Origin: a virus
Taxonomy: Duplodnaviria; Caudoviricetes
Length of the DNA stretch: 37,370 nt
Virus record (IMG/VR): IMGVR_UViG_3300020045_001670
Location: 1 to 37,370 of that record
Direction: 5' to 3' (one strand)
Part shown: in pieces, positions 1 through 9,547 of the stretch
Layout: every line of letters begins with the position of its first letter
Numbering within the stretch: the stretch's first letter is position 1
The notes under the pieces: model-generated
The model's database searches: none
Told to the model about the DNA's origin: nothing
What the model saw: only the letters and a program-made list of their open reading frames with translations
Made by a program: the position numbers and the translations under genes

Positions 1-115
1 CCGGTCTTGGTAGAAGTCCATGTTGCGCCGCTAGTCCACTGTAACGGGTCAAAATCCACCTTCAGTACAGCACCAGCGGGGGAACTGATTGCCAAGCCGG
101 TGTAAATCTCGGATG
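1..115. repeat. 115-bp exact inverted copy of 36972..37086 (probable chimeric contig end)
   Basis: Base n pairs with 37087-n from 1 to 115; the identity stops at 116, where portal-frame sequence (GAT GAG GAC AAG) takes over through a GGATG overlap. Confidence 0.9.
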
Positions 116-1953
116 AGGACAAGATTGGCAAGGCCGTGAGCGAAGTTCTGAGCCGGTCAATTGAGTACGGTATGGACACAACAGACTTCAATGACGTAGT
201 GACAAGCTGCGTCTTGGACATGCTGTTGCCCGGACGTGGCTTGGCCCGTGTGCGTTACGTTCCTTCGCTCACACCAGTGCCAGAGGTAGAGGAAGGCGCT
301 ACCGAGGCCATGGAAGGCGAAGTTGAAGAGCTAGAGTGGGAGCAAGCGCCTATTGAACACGTAGCGTGGGAAGACTTCCGCATGGGCACGGGTGACGAAT
401 GGGCCTGCATCAACTGGGTGGGATTCCGTCACGCACTCAGCCGTGATGAACTAGAGGACAAGTTCGGAGAAGTGGGCGCTAAAGTCCCGCTAAATAAGGC
501 CGCAGACGACGACATCGAGCGCGAAGAAAACGCTGATGTGAAAGACCTATTCAAGACTGCCGAAGTATGGGAGATTTGGGACAAGGAAGAACGCAAGGTG
601 TATTTCATCGCACCGGATTACAAAAGCGCACCGCTGAAGACTTTGGACGACCCGCTTAAGCTGACAAACTTCTATCCCATTCCTAAGCCCTTGTACGCTA
701 TCGAGGACGCTAGTTCGCTTGTTCCCATTCCGCTGTTTGAGTACTACAAAGAGCAGGCAGACGAGCTAGACACCGTGACGCGCCGGATTAACATCTTGGT
801 CAAGGGTTTGAAGATGCGCGGCATTTACGACGCGACTATCTCCGAACTATCCGAACTCATGCGCGGTGAGGACAACGACCTAATCCCCGCTGCTAACGTT
901 ACGGCTCTGTTGGAGCGTGGTGGACTAGAGAAGGCTATCTGGTTCATGCCTATTGAGCAGGCCGCTAAAGTCTTGCAAATCCTGCAACTCCAGCGAGAAG
1001 CAACAAAGCAGGTCATCTACGAGATTACAGGCATCTCAGATATTGTCCGAGGCTCCACAAACGCTAACGAGACAGCCACAGCGCAACAGATCAAGAGCCA
1101 ATGGGGTAATGCACGTTTGAAGCGCATGCAAACCAATTGCGCGACGTTCATTCGTGACTTGATCCGTTTGCAAGCGGAAATCATTGGAGAACAGTTCCAG
1201 CCCGAGACACTGGCCTCCATGACCTCGCTGAACTTTCCCACTGGTGAGCAGAAACAACAGGCAATGATGCAGTGGCAGCAACAAGCCGCAATGGCGCAAC
1301 AGAGCGGCCAACAGCCCCCGCCACAGCCCGAACTTCCTCCGAGCTGGGATGAAATCATCCAAGTGCTGCGCGATGACAAGATGCGCACGTTCAAAGTGGA
1401 TGTAGAGACTGACTCTACCGTGGCATCGTCTATTGAGTCCGATATGAAGGGCTTGAGCGACACCATGAACTCACTGAACCAAGTGATTCAGAGTTTCCTG
1501 CCTGCCGTGCAAATGGGCGCACTGCCAATCGAAGCATTGAAAGAGATGCTATTGACTGTTACCCGCCGCGCCAAGATGGGCAACGCCGTAGAGGATGCTA
1601 TCGACAAGATCAAACAGCCTCCACCACCCCCGCAAGAGCAGCAACAGCCCGATAACTCCGCGCAAGTGGAGCAGATTCGGCAGCAGGGCGAAATGCAGCG
1701 TCATCAAGCAGAGACACAAGCCAAAGCTCAGGAAACGCAAGCCACATGGCAGTATGAGCGCGAGATGGAGCAATTCAGGCAAGAGGCAGAAGACCGCCGC
1801 GAAGCCATGCGCCTAGCCAAAGACCAAGAAACCCGTATTCTGCTAGCCAATATTACTAAGCAACAAGCTATTGAAGTTGCGGAAATTAACCAGCAAACTA
1901 CACTCCAAGCAAGTCAAATCTCAGCAGCTAACCAAGCGACACAAAATGATTGA
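112..1953 (+). CDS. Portal protein (C-terminal ~610 aa; N-terminus at 37132..37370)
   Basis: Long ORF downstream of terL on the circle; the frame is open from 112 (DEDKIGKAVSEVLSR); portal-like segments (VWEIWDKE, IYEITGISDIVRG, ETATAQQIK) and a Q-rich coiled-coil C-terminus as in P22-like portals. Confidence 0.85.
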   Translation, partial: DEDKIGKAVSEVLSRSIEYGMDTTDFNDVVTSCVLDMLLPGRGLARVRYVPSLTPVPEVEEGATEAMEGEVEELEWEQAPIEHVAWEDFRMGTGDEWACINWVGFRHALSRDELEDKFGEVGAKVPLNKAADDDIEREENADVKDLFKTAEVWEIWDKEERKVYFIAPDYKSAPLKTLDDPLKLTNFYPIPKPLYAIEDASSLVPIPLFEYYKEQADELDTVTRRINILVKGLKMRGIYDATISELSELMRGEDNDLIPAANVTALLERGGLEKAIWFMPIEQAAKVLQILQLQREATKQVIYEITGISDIVRGSTNANETATAQQIKSQWGNARLKRMQTNCATFIRDLIRLQAEIIGEQFQPETLASMTSLNFPTGEQKQQAMMQWQQQAAMAQQSGQQPPPQPELPPSWDEIIQVLRDDKMRTFKVDVETDSTVASSIESDMKGLSDTMNSLNQVIQSFLPAVQMGALPIEALKEMLLTVTRRAKMGNAVEDAIDKIKQPPPPPQEQQQPDNSAQVEQIRQQGEMQRHQAETQAKAQETQATWQYEREMEQFRQEAEDRREAMRLAKDQETRILLANITKQQAIEVAEINQQTTLQASQISAANQATQND

Positions 1954-2350
1954 TTTTGATGATATTCAGGCCCGTTTGGGGTTTTCCGATAGTGACAAGT
2001 CCGCATGGCTGGACATTAACGGCAAATACTACGCAGACCCCGAGCAAGGCTGGAAAGACAAACTCATGATGCATGCCTACCCCCAGCGGAGCGCATCGGT
2101 TTATGTAATGCCTGCTTATCAATCCCCAATTAACGGAAAATGGATTGATACACCCGCACAGCGCCGTGATGATATGGCCCGTAATAACTGCCGCCCGTGG
2201 GAGGGTATGGACGTTGAACGCAAGGTAGCGGACAATCGGGTTATGGCAGAGAAGAAAGCAGAAGACGACGCGCTAGAGAGTGCAGCCGTAGCCGCTTGGC
2301 ATAGTCTTGGTGACGAAAAAAAATCTCAACTTGAAAACACGATAGGATAA
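1946..2350 (+). CDS. Conserved phage hypothetical protein
   Basis: ATG overlaps the portal end; YQSPINGKWI...RRDDMARNNCRPWE motif typical of small genes next to portals. Confidence 0.6.
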   Translation: MIDFDDIQARLGFSDSDKSAWLDINGKYYADPEQGWKDKLMMHAYPQRSASVYVMPAYQSPINGKWIDTPAQRRDDMARNNCRPWEGMDVERKVADNRVMAEKKAEDDALESAAVAAWHSLGDEKKSQLENTIG

Positions 2351-2352
2351 TC

Positions 2353-4374
2353 ATGGCCTCATATACCGCAACAGTAAAAGGCACCCAAAAACTCTATGGG
2401 TTTTATGGGAACGGCAACGGGGCTACTTACACCATTACCGTGACAAATGGCACAGGTGTGATGAAGAAGTTTGACGTTATTCGCCGCCCTATTCGGGGTG
2501 GAATTCCTAACGTAGTGCAAACAGGATATTCAGGCACTGCGGTTACATATACCGAAAACGCCCGTTTTGACTTTGAACTAGAGATTTGGGCAGACGTTAC
2601 AACCGCTGGCACGTTTACTGCTACTGTGACAAGCTCTGCGGGTGGTGACAACATCACTATGGCTACGTTGGTAACCGATCCCCTCACCGGAAAGAAACTA
2701 TCCGGCGCAGATGGCGTGATTGAGATACGCGACCTGATGTATCCGCCTGCTGATAGCGTTTTGTCGAAGTATGGCCGCACAGCGCAAGACATTTGCTTGG
2801 CGACAACCACCGTTGGGACAACTACGGTGACGCACGTACTCGCCAATGAGCGCCCGCGATTCTCCACCTACACGCGCAAGGCAACCATTGGCGCAAATAC
2901 GCTGTCGGAGCTGCGTTTCCCTAACCTTTCCATCACTGCCGACCCTGATGACCAATCGCTGAGTATCGACATTTACATCGAGCAGATGATCGGCGAGTTT
3001 TCTGAAATTGCGCCAAACCCCTTCATTGCGGTGAATCTGTCCAACGACACCCCGCTAGGCAGCAACTATCGGCAATGGGGGTTCGGTGCTTCATACCTTC
3101 GCCAAGGCTGGAACACGCTAAAGATGCGAGCCGCTGACGATGTTGGCGCAGTGTCTAGCGGCAATCTGCCCTTTGGCGTCAGCACAACGACTGCCGGAAC
3201 CGGCTGCAACTTTGCTTTGCCAATTCAATACTTGGCGATTCAATTCACCAACATGAACGGCCATGTGGTGCATATTGACCAAGTGCGCCGATCTGCCAAG
3301 GCAAAGCCGGTTTGTGTGTTTGGCTTCGATGCTTCGGGCGCATCGTCTACAGATAACATTTTTGTGGACACCCTTGGGCCTCTTTTCAAGAGCTACGGCA
3401 CCAAGGCATACGTCACATTCACCAACGTCTATGAGCTAATTTCTGCGGGTTCTAGTGTCTGGGGAAGGCTCAAGACTTTGCAGGATACCTACGGCTGGGA
3501 CATCATCAATCACACATGGAGTCATGGAGCCGGTGAAGTGGGGCGCAGTGTGGTGCTGTCTAGTCTGTCGCGCACATCCAACGTGGTAACAGCAACCTTT
3601 CCATCTGCTCACAACATCACCATTGGCAAGCGATTCAAAGCGCTCATAAATGGTGCAACGCCTACAAACATGAACGGCGTTTTTGAGCTGACCGCAACAA
3701 CAACAACAGCGGCAACTTACACCGCCGCAGGTGTTGACGGTGCTGCAACTGGAACCATCAACCTTTACACCTTCTTGGCTCAGGTGTTGAGCAGTGACAC
3801 AACAGAAAACCGCAACATCCTCAAGCATGAGCTTAGTGACATTACCCGCGCACTGAACGCATCGGGCATGGGTAAAGCATCGCACATTCTGGCTTATCCA
3901 AACAATTCAGTTCCCGAGTTGGGCTTGCTGCAAAACGTCTGTGATGACGCTGGCATCTCTTTTGGCCGATCTACCCGAGGTGGCATGGTGTTTATCAACG
4001 AGTTTGGAATTGATAACCCGCTGCACTTCGGTAGCTGGGTGATGGATTCCGGCACCTTTGCCACACGAACAAGCGTGCTGATTGCCAAGATCAATGCCGC
4101 AATCTCTCGGGGCGAGCACATCTGGATTTATGGGCATTACATCCAAGACGAAGCCACAGCCGGTGGCCCCGTTGATCTTGAATATGCGCCAGGGCAAAAC
4201 GGTAATCCCGCGCCCCCTGGTGGCGCTCTCTCGGGTGCCGGTGGCTGGTGGTACTTGGGCCAACTGAAGCGCCTGTTCACTGAAGCCATCCTGCCAGCCG
4301 TTGCCGCTGGAAATCTCACGCTTGCATCTGCAAATGAGTGGTCGATCAAACTCGGAATAGGAGCCGGAAAATGA
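2353..4374 (+). CDS. Putative virion accessory protein with NodB/CE4 polysaccharide deacetylase domain
   Basis: CE4-like motifs in order: VFGFD, GWDIINHTWSH, LAYP, IYGH; Thr/Gly-rich beta-sandwich-like N-terminal half; lies between portal and scaffold. Confidence 0.65.
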   Translation: MASYTATVKGTQKLYGFYGNGNGATYTITVTNGTGVMKKFDVIRRPIRGGIPNVVQTGYSGTAVTYTENARFDFELEIWADVTTAGTFTATVTSSAGGDNITMATLVTDPLTGKKLSGADGVIEIRDLMYPPADSVLSKYGRTAQDICLATTTVGTTTVTHVLANERPRFSTYTRKATIGANTLSELRFPNLSITADPDDQSLSIDIYIEQMIGEFSEIAPNPFIAVNLSNDTPLGSNYRQWGFGASYLRQGWNTLKMRAADDVGAVSSGNLPFGVSTTTAGTGCNFALPIQYLAIQFTNMNGHVVHIDQVRRSAKAKPVCVFGFDASGASSTDNIFVDTLGPLFKSYGTKAYVTFTNVYELISAGSSVWGRLKTLQDTYGWDIINHTWSHGAGEVGRSVVLSSLSRTSNVVTATFPSAHNITIGKRFKALINGATPTNMNGVFELTATTTTAATYTAAGVDGAATGTINLYTFLAQVLSSDTTENRNILKHELSDITRALNASGMGKASHILAYPNNSVPELGLLQNVCDDAGISFGRSTRGGMVFINEFGIDNPLHFGSWVMDSGTFATRTSVLIAKINAAISRGEHIWIYGHYIQDEATAGGPVDLEYAPGQNGNPAPPGGALSGAGGWWYLGQLKRLFTEAILPAVAAGNLTLASANEWSIKLGIGAGK

Positions 4375-4583
4375 AAGTAGCTAAATGCGTAGTCAGTTCC
4401 CCCATCTTTGTGCCAGCAGGTACGCACCTTGACGGTAAAAACTCAACGGGCGAATGGGCGCGAAACGGTGAGCATCAGCTAGATCATGAGTTTGCCCTTG
4501 CCCAAGAGTCGCAAGGAATGCTGGATATCCTCTCCGTTGATGGCGAACCCCACGTCTGGGGCTCTTGCTGCACTGGTCACTAA
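4371..4583 (+). CDS. Hypothetical protein (70 aa)
   Basis: ATGA overlap with the upstream stop, AGGAG Shine-Dalgarno. Confidence 0.6.
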   Translation: MKVAKCVVSSPIFVPAGTHLDGKNSTGEWARNGEHQLDHEFALAQESQGMLDILSVDGEPHVWGSCCTGH

Positions 4584-4645
4584 CTAATCCCCTCAGCACA
4601 AAGATAACTCTTTATTCACTCACGCAAATAGCGCATAATTAACAC

Positions 4646-4720
4646 ACTAGCCACCTAGTAATCGGCCTCTGTTGAGAAACATGCCTCTAATTCCCCGAGG
4701 TGGTATCGGGCGAATTTAGA
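4646..4720 (+). promoter_or_regulatory. Structured 5' leader of the scaffold/capsid operon
   Basis: Follows a -10-like CATAAT (4634-4639); hairpins ACTAG-CCAC-CTAGT and CCCGA-GGTGGTA-TCGGG have complementary loops. Confidence 0.45.
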
Positions 4721-4728
4721 CCTTTAGG

Positions 4729-5736
4729 ATGAAAATGGAAGATAACGAAGACCTCTCAACAGAGGAAATTGAAAATCCAGAGCTGACGATGGATGAAACC
4801 ATCCAGCAAACGCTAGATGAGATTAACTCCCGTGAAGTGGCGCGGGATGATTCAGGTCGATTTAAAAAGCCTGAGCCTGAACCAGAAACGCCCCCCGAAG
4901 TTGCGGAAACTGTAGAGCCGGTTATTGAACAACCCGCCACAGTTCCCCCTGAACTTCAACGACTGGGCATTCGTAAAGAAGAAGCCCTAGAGATTGCCAA
5001 AAACCCCGCTGCAATGAACGCGATTATTCGCCGCAGCGAGGAAATGCACCGAGGGCTAGAAACGTATCGGGAAAAGGCGACATTTGGAGAAACCATCCAG
5101 AATGCGCTGGCCCCTTACATGGCGAACATTCAGCAATCTGGAATGACGCCAGACGTTGCGATTAAATCGCTATTCACTGCTGACCAAATGTTGCGCAGTG
5201 GTAGCCCTCAACAGAAAACCGCCATGCTGCAACGCTTGGCTAACGATTATGGGATTGACCTGCAACAAGCAGCGCAGGCACCCGCACAGAGTTTTGACCC
5301 CGTAACCTATCAACTACAGAGCAAACTAAGCGAAGTAGACCAATGGATTGCAGGTCAAAAACAAGCCCTTGAATGGCAGACTCAGCAATCGCTTAACAGC
5401 GAAATCGAAAGATTCAAGAGTCAACCGGACAAGGTGCATTTTGAGGATGTCAGGGATGACATGGCTGGCTTACTACAGGCTGGACTGGCTACCGACCTCA
5501 ATGACGCTTATGAAAAAGCGATTTACGCTAACCCAACGGTACGCGCTAAGGTTCTCGCCCAACAGCAAGAACAAGCCGAAGCCCAACGGAAAGCAATCGC
5601 CGTTCAGAAAGCGCAAGCTGCTAAACAGGCAAGCTCTGTCAATGTCACCCGCAAGGGAACAATGGCAAGTGCAAAGCCCGTAGGTAGTATGGAAGATACC
5701 ATCCGTGAAACTGCCCGTGAATTGGGCATTCTGTAA
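4729..5736 (+). CDS. Capsid scaffolding protein
   Basis: Acidic, Pro-rich N-terminus with ARDDSGRF motif, helical body, directly upstream of the major capsid gene. Confidence 0.75.
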   Translation: MKMEDNEDLSTEEIENPELTMDETIQQTLDEINSREVARDDSGRFKKPEPEPETPPEVAETVEPVIEQPATVPPELQRLGIRKEEALEIAKNPAAMNAIIRRSEEMHRGLETYREKATFGETIQNALAPYMANIQQSGMTPDVAIKSLFTADQMLRSGSPQQKTAMLQRLANDYGIDLQQAAQAPAQSFDPVTYQLQSKLSEVDQWIAGQKQALEWQTQQSLNSEIERFKSQPDKVHFEDVRDDMAGLLQAGLATDLNDAYEKAIYANPTVRAKVLAQQQEQAEAQRKAIAVQKAQAAKQASSVNVTRKGTMASAKPVGSMEDTIRETARELGIL

Positions 5737-5752
5737 TTAAAGGAGTTATATC

Positions 5753-6730
5753 ATGGCCTCTCCCGGTCAATCGTCCCTCTTCAATACCTTCACCGAACTG
5801 GTGAGCACGACCTATCGCAACCACAAAAAAGAAGTTGCCGATAACGTATCAAATCACAACGCGCTTTTCCGTCGCCTGACTGAAAAAGGCCGCTATCGCA
5901 CCGAAGACGGTGGTTTGTCCATTGTGACGCCTCTCGACTACGCTGCAAACAGCACCTATCAGCGCTATTCCGGCTTTGACGTGCTAAACGTTTCCGCTGT
6001 GGATGTGATTACCGCTGCTGAATTCCCGTGGCGTCAAGTTGCCGTTAACGTGGCAGCTTCCGGCTTGGAAATTCGTACCAACTCCGGTTCTAACCGCATC
6101 ATCAACTTCGTGAAAACGAAAATCAAGAACGCACAACGCTCGATGGCTAACGGCCTGTCTGGTGACGTGTACTCTGATGGTACGGCTGTCAACCAGATCA
6201 ACGGTATCCAAGCCCTGATCTCTGACGCTGGCACCGGTACAGTGGGTGGTATCAACTCGACGACCTTCCCATTCTGGCAAAACCAAGTGTTTGACGCATC
6301 GGATAACTCCGTGACCGTCAGCGCTGCCACTATCGAAGCTGGCATGATGCTGCCTTTGTGGCTGCAATGTACCCGTGGTAACGATACCCCTGACTTGATC
6401 GTCATGGATTCCAACTATTTCAGCTTCTACGAAGCCAGCCAATCCAGCTTGAAGCGCTACGCCCCAGCCGATGAAGGTAAGGGCGGTATGATCTCGATGA
6501 AGTACAAGACCGCAGACGTTTTCTTCGATTCGTCCGCATCTGGTATTCCAGCGAACCACATGTACTTCCTGAACACCGACTTTTTGGAGCTGGTGGTTCA
6601 CAGCGATGCAAACATGGAAATCATGCCTGAACTGCGCTCCGTGAACCAAGACGCGATAGTAGTGCCTATTTTATTCCAAGGTAACCTCGTCTGCTCAAAT
6701 AGAGCGCGGCAGGGTGTGGGTAAACCATGA
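5753..6730 (+). CDS. Major capsid protein
   Basis: 325 aa, strong AAGGAG RBS, highly-expressed codon bias, position after scaffold; ends GNLVCSNRARQGV. Confidence 0.85.
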   Translation: MASPGQSSLFNTFTELVSTTYRNHKKEVADNVSNHNALFRRLTEKGRYRTEDGGLSIVTPLDYAANSTYQRYSGFDVLNVSAVDVITAAEFPWRQVAVNVAASGLEIRTNSGSNRIINFVKTKIKNAQRSMANGLSGDVYSDGTAVNQINGIQALISDAGTGTVGGINSTTFPFWQNQVFDASDNSVTVSAATIEAGMMLPLWLQCTRGNDTPDLIVMDSNYFSFYEASQSSLKRYAPADEGKGGMISMKYKTADVFFDSSASGIPANHMYFLNTDFLELVVHSDANMEIMPELRSVNQDAIVVPILFQGNLVCSNRARQGVGKP

Positions 6731-6739
6731 TGCTATAAT
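6731..6739 (+). promoter_or_regulatory. Extended -10 promoter (TGCTATAAT) for the HNH gene
   Basis: Perfect TGnTATAAT immediately after the capsid stop; AAGGAG RBS follows. Confidence 0.6.
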
Positions 6740-6764
6740 CTGCCAATAACGTAAAGGAGTTATT

Positions 6765-7400
6765 GTGCAGATTATTGATTTGGTTGGTCAACGGTTCACT
6801 CGGCTTGTCGTAACAGGCCGAGCGCCTAACAAGAGTGAAAAGGACACTAATGCGCGTTGGCACTGTACTTGTGATTGCGGGAAAGCCGTTATTGCGTATG
6901 GTCAGGACTTACGCCGTGAAAAGTTCAAATCTTGCGGGTGCTTAAATGCCGAGCGAATCTACAAACATGGCGAGTCTCGTACAAAAGAATATCGTACTTG
7001 GCTTGCCATTAGACAACGCTGTGGAAACCCAAAAGCCGAAGGTTATGAAAAGTATGGCGGCAAAGGGATTAAGGTTTGTGAAAGATGGGAAAGTTATGAA
7101 AACTTCAAATCAGACATGGGCCAATGTCCTACACCTCGCCACACTATTGACAGAATTGACGGTGATAAAGGGTACGAGCCTGAAAACTGCCGATGGGCAA
7201 CCTACGCAGAGCAAAACAGGAACGTGTCTAACAACGTGGTCGTTGAAATTGATGGGGTTAAAAACATTGTTGCCGATTGGTGCGTTATCTATAAAATTCG
7301 CCGTACTACGGTTGATACACGCATTAGAAATGGCTGGAGTGCGATTGATGCCATCACTACGCCAACTGGGTCTGTAGGCATTAGCTTTAAACGCAAATAA
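6765..7400 (+). CDS. Free-standing HNH-type homing endonuclease
   Basis: GQRFTRLVV..WHCTCDCG..KSCGC N-terminus and YGGKGIKVCERW..TIDRID..GYEPENCRWAT..EQNRN nuclease core; more AT-rich than neighbouring genes. Confidence 0.8.
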   Translation: MQIIDLVGQRFTRLVVTGRAPNKSEKDTNARWHCTCDCGKAVIAYGQDLRREKFKSCGCLNAERIYKHGESRTKEYRTWLAIRQRCGNPKAEGYEKYGGKGIKVCERWESYENFKSDMGQCPTPRHTIDRIDGDKGYEPENCRWATYAEQNRNVSNNVVVEIDGVKNIVADWCVIYKIRRTTVDTRIRNGWSAIDAITTPTGSVGISFKRK

Positions 7401-7424
7401 ACATTTTCGTAAAGGAATTTCATC

Positions 7425-8141
7425 ATGTTCGCAGCAATCTCTCCCACTCTGGGCACTCAACCATTCAATGATTGGTTTATCCCAGATACCGTGCAACGTC
7501 AACCTCTTGGCATGACTGTTACCGCAGTAGATAACTATTGGGGTACAGGCAAGTTCGTCTACATCAAATCCGGTGCAGCCATCCTAAAAGGCTCTCTGGT
7601 GATGTGGGACGAAGCCTATAACGGCGCTCTGTTGCCTTCTACCGCTGGTCAAGGCTTCCCCTTCGGCGTGGCTATGAACGCCATTCCCTCGGGTTCCTAT
7701 GGCTGGGTGCAGACCGAAGGCTTCACCGTGTACAAAACCAATGCGACTGTTGCCGCTGATACCGCTGTGGCTGTGGCCGCTGCTGGTATTGCTGGCACGC
7801 TGGCTAACGGCAAGCAATTGCTGAACACCCGCAACCGCATTGCCGCTACCGGTACAAAGACCTTCACCGCTTCTACCGTGTTGGGTTCGCCTAACGTGGT
7901 GGTTCAAGGTGGTTACGATGGCGCATTCTTGGGCATGGCGCTATCCGGTACAGGTATCCCAGCTTCTACCGTGGTAGCTGGTTTGTCCCCTGATGGCCGC
8001 ACAATCTTCACTGGCTCCGCTATCGGCACCATTGGTGATAAAAACTCTACCGCAACTGGTTCGATTACCCTCACAGGTACTTACACTGGCTACGGTGCAG
8101 CGATCATCAACAACCCGATTTCGCAGGGTCAGATTGTTTGA
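7425..8141 (+). CDS. Putative capsid decoration/minor capsid protein
   Basis: Gly/Ala/Thr-rich, optimized codons, downstream of the capsid gene, followed by a terminator. Confidence 0.55.
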   Translation: MFAAISPTLGTQPFNDWFIPDTVQRQPLGMTVTAVDNYWGTGKFVYIKSGAAILKGSLVMWDEAYNGALLPSTAGQGFPFGVAMNAIPSGSYGWVQTEGFTVYKTNATVAADTAVAVAAAGIAGTLANGKQLLNTRNRIAATGTKTFTASTVLGSPNVVVQGGYDGAFLGMALSGTGIPASTVVAGLSPDGRTIFTGSAIGTIGDKNSTATGSITLTGTYTGYGAAIINNPISQGQIV

Positions 8142-8146
8142 TTGAT

Positions 8147-8169
8147 GGGGGCTTCGGCCCCCTTCTATT
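8147..8169 (+). terminator. Rho-independent terminator
   Basis: GGGGGC-TTCG-GCCCCC followed by TTCTATT. Confidence 0.7.
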
Positions 8170-8222
8170 CCAGTGCGTACTAATCAGTGCGTACCGTAAT
8201 GGAATCCTAAACAGGAGCAGAG

Positions 8223-8834
8223 ATGGAACTTCACCAAGCACGACCCCCGTTTGTAGAATTTAAACGCATTGCCGTTCACGACAAACTGAAATCCCAAGAA
8301 CTAGGCCGCCGCGTCACTAAAGACGTGGACTATGCATTTATTATGCAACCCGGCTCCAAAGACCAAGTTGAACGAGTGGCAACTGACTGGCTCAATATGC
8401 TCAAAATCAAAGCGGTAAACGGTGCTGCTGATGCCTATCCCCAAGAGTGGATTGACGGTTTTCACAACAAGTTCAAGGCTTGGAAAGAAGGCCAAGACAT
8501 TCCTCTTGATGGCACATCTGTTAAAGAGTGGCCGGTTTTGTCTCCAGCACAAGCCGAGAACTTCATTTCTATCCGTGTCTTGACCATTGAAGACGTGGCC
8601 GCGATGACCGAAGACGCTATGCGCGGTTATGGCATGGGTGGGCGTGAACTGCGCGAGAAAGCCCGTGAATGGCTGAAGGGCCAAAGCTCTGTTAACGCCG
8701 AAAACGAAGCACTCAAACGCCAGATTGCCGAACTGACTGAACGCCTATCTCAATTGGAGAAAATCGGGGATAATACAGGCGAACCTCTACAGGTTAAGCG
8801 CGGGCGTAAACCTAAAACAGAAACTGTGGAGTAA
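8223..8834 (+). CDS. Conserved phage hypothetical protein (head completion region)
   Basis: AGGAG RBS; C-terminal coiled coil and KRGRKPK basic tail. Confidence 0.6.
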   Translation: MELHQARPPFVEFKRIAVHDKLKSQELGRRVTKDVDYAFIMQPGSKDQVERVATDWLNMLKIKAVNGAADAYPQEWIDGFHNKFKAWKEGQDIPLDGTSVKEWPVLSPAQAENFISIRVLTIEDVAAMTEDAMRGYGMGGRELREKAREWLKGQSSVNAENEALKRQIAELTERLSQLEKIGDNTGEPLQVKRGRKPKTETVE

Positions 8835-8836
8835 AA

Positions 8837-9547
8837 ATGGCAACCTGCCTTTCTATCGTTCAATCAATATGTGGGCGCTTATCGCTTGATGTACCTAATC
8901 AAGCTGTAGGCAACACTGATAAGCAGATTATCAATATTCTTGCTTTGCTGAACGAAGAAGGGCAGGAACTCGCCGCACGTCATGAATGGACTGCGCTCCA
9001 GACCGAGGCGACATACACGACCCTAGCGCAAGAAGACCAAGGTTTGATGGAGACAATCGCTCCGGGCCTTGGGTACATCATCAACGATACCATTTGGAAT
9101 CGTTCACTGCGCAGGCCGGTATATGGCCCCAAAACCCCGCAAGGATGGCAGCAAAACAAAGCCTTTGCCATCAACGGCCCTTGGAGTAACTTCCGAGTGC
9201 AAGGCGGTCATCTGCGCATGTATCCGACACCTGCTGCTGGTCAAACATGCGTATTTGAATATACAACCCGTAACTGGTGTACGTCTGCTGACGGTGCTAC
9301 TGGTTATGAAGAGTTTGCGAACGATACAAATATTCCTCGCCTCGAATGGATACTTTTAACGCTAGGTACTATCTGGCGCTGGAAGAAACTTAAAGGCTTT
9401 GAATATGCCGAAGATTTCAACACCTATGAGCGCCGAGTTATGGACGCAATGGGCAAAGACGGCTCTAAGGATTGGCTGAATTTGTCTAACACTAAATACG
9501 ACATATTCCCCGGCATTGTTGTCCCTTCTGGTTCTTGGAATGTGTAA
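8837..9547 (+). CDS. Head-tail adaptor (P22 gp4/T7 gp11-like position)
   Basis: MATCLSIVQ..LLNEEGQEL..W..L N-terminus typical of adaptors; synteny. Confidence 0.6.
   Translation: MATCLSIVQSICGRLSLDVPNQAVGNTDKQIINILALLNEEGQELAARHEWTALQTEATYTTLAQEDQGLMETIAPGLGYIINDTIWNRSLRRPVYGPKTPQGWQQNKAFAINGPWSNFRVQGGHLRMYPTPAAGQTCVFEYTTRNWCTSADGATGYEEFANDTNIPRLEWILLTLGTIWRWKKLKGFEYAEDFNTYERRVMDAMGKDGSKDWLNLSNTKYDIFPGIVVPSGSWNV

Noticed and set aside
1-115. Terminal inverted repeats of a linear genome or transposon
   Set aside because: The partner copy is internal to a gene 284 nt from the right end, and the junction interrupts the portal; an artifact is more likely
5984-6649. Long antisense ORFs over the capsid and other structural genes
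   Set aside because: Shadow ORFs caused by codon bias of the sense gene; no RBS or recognisable motifs
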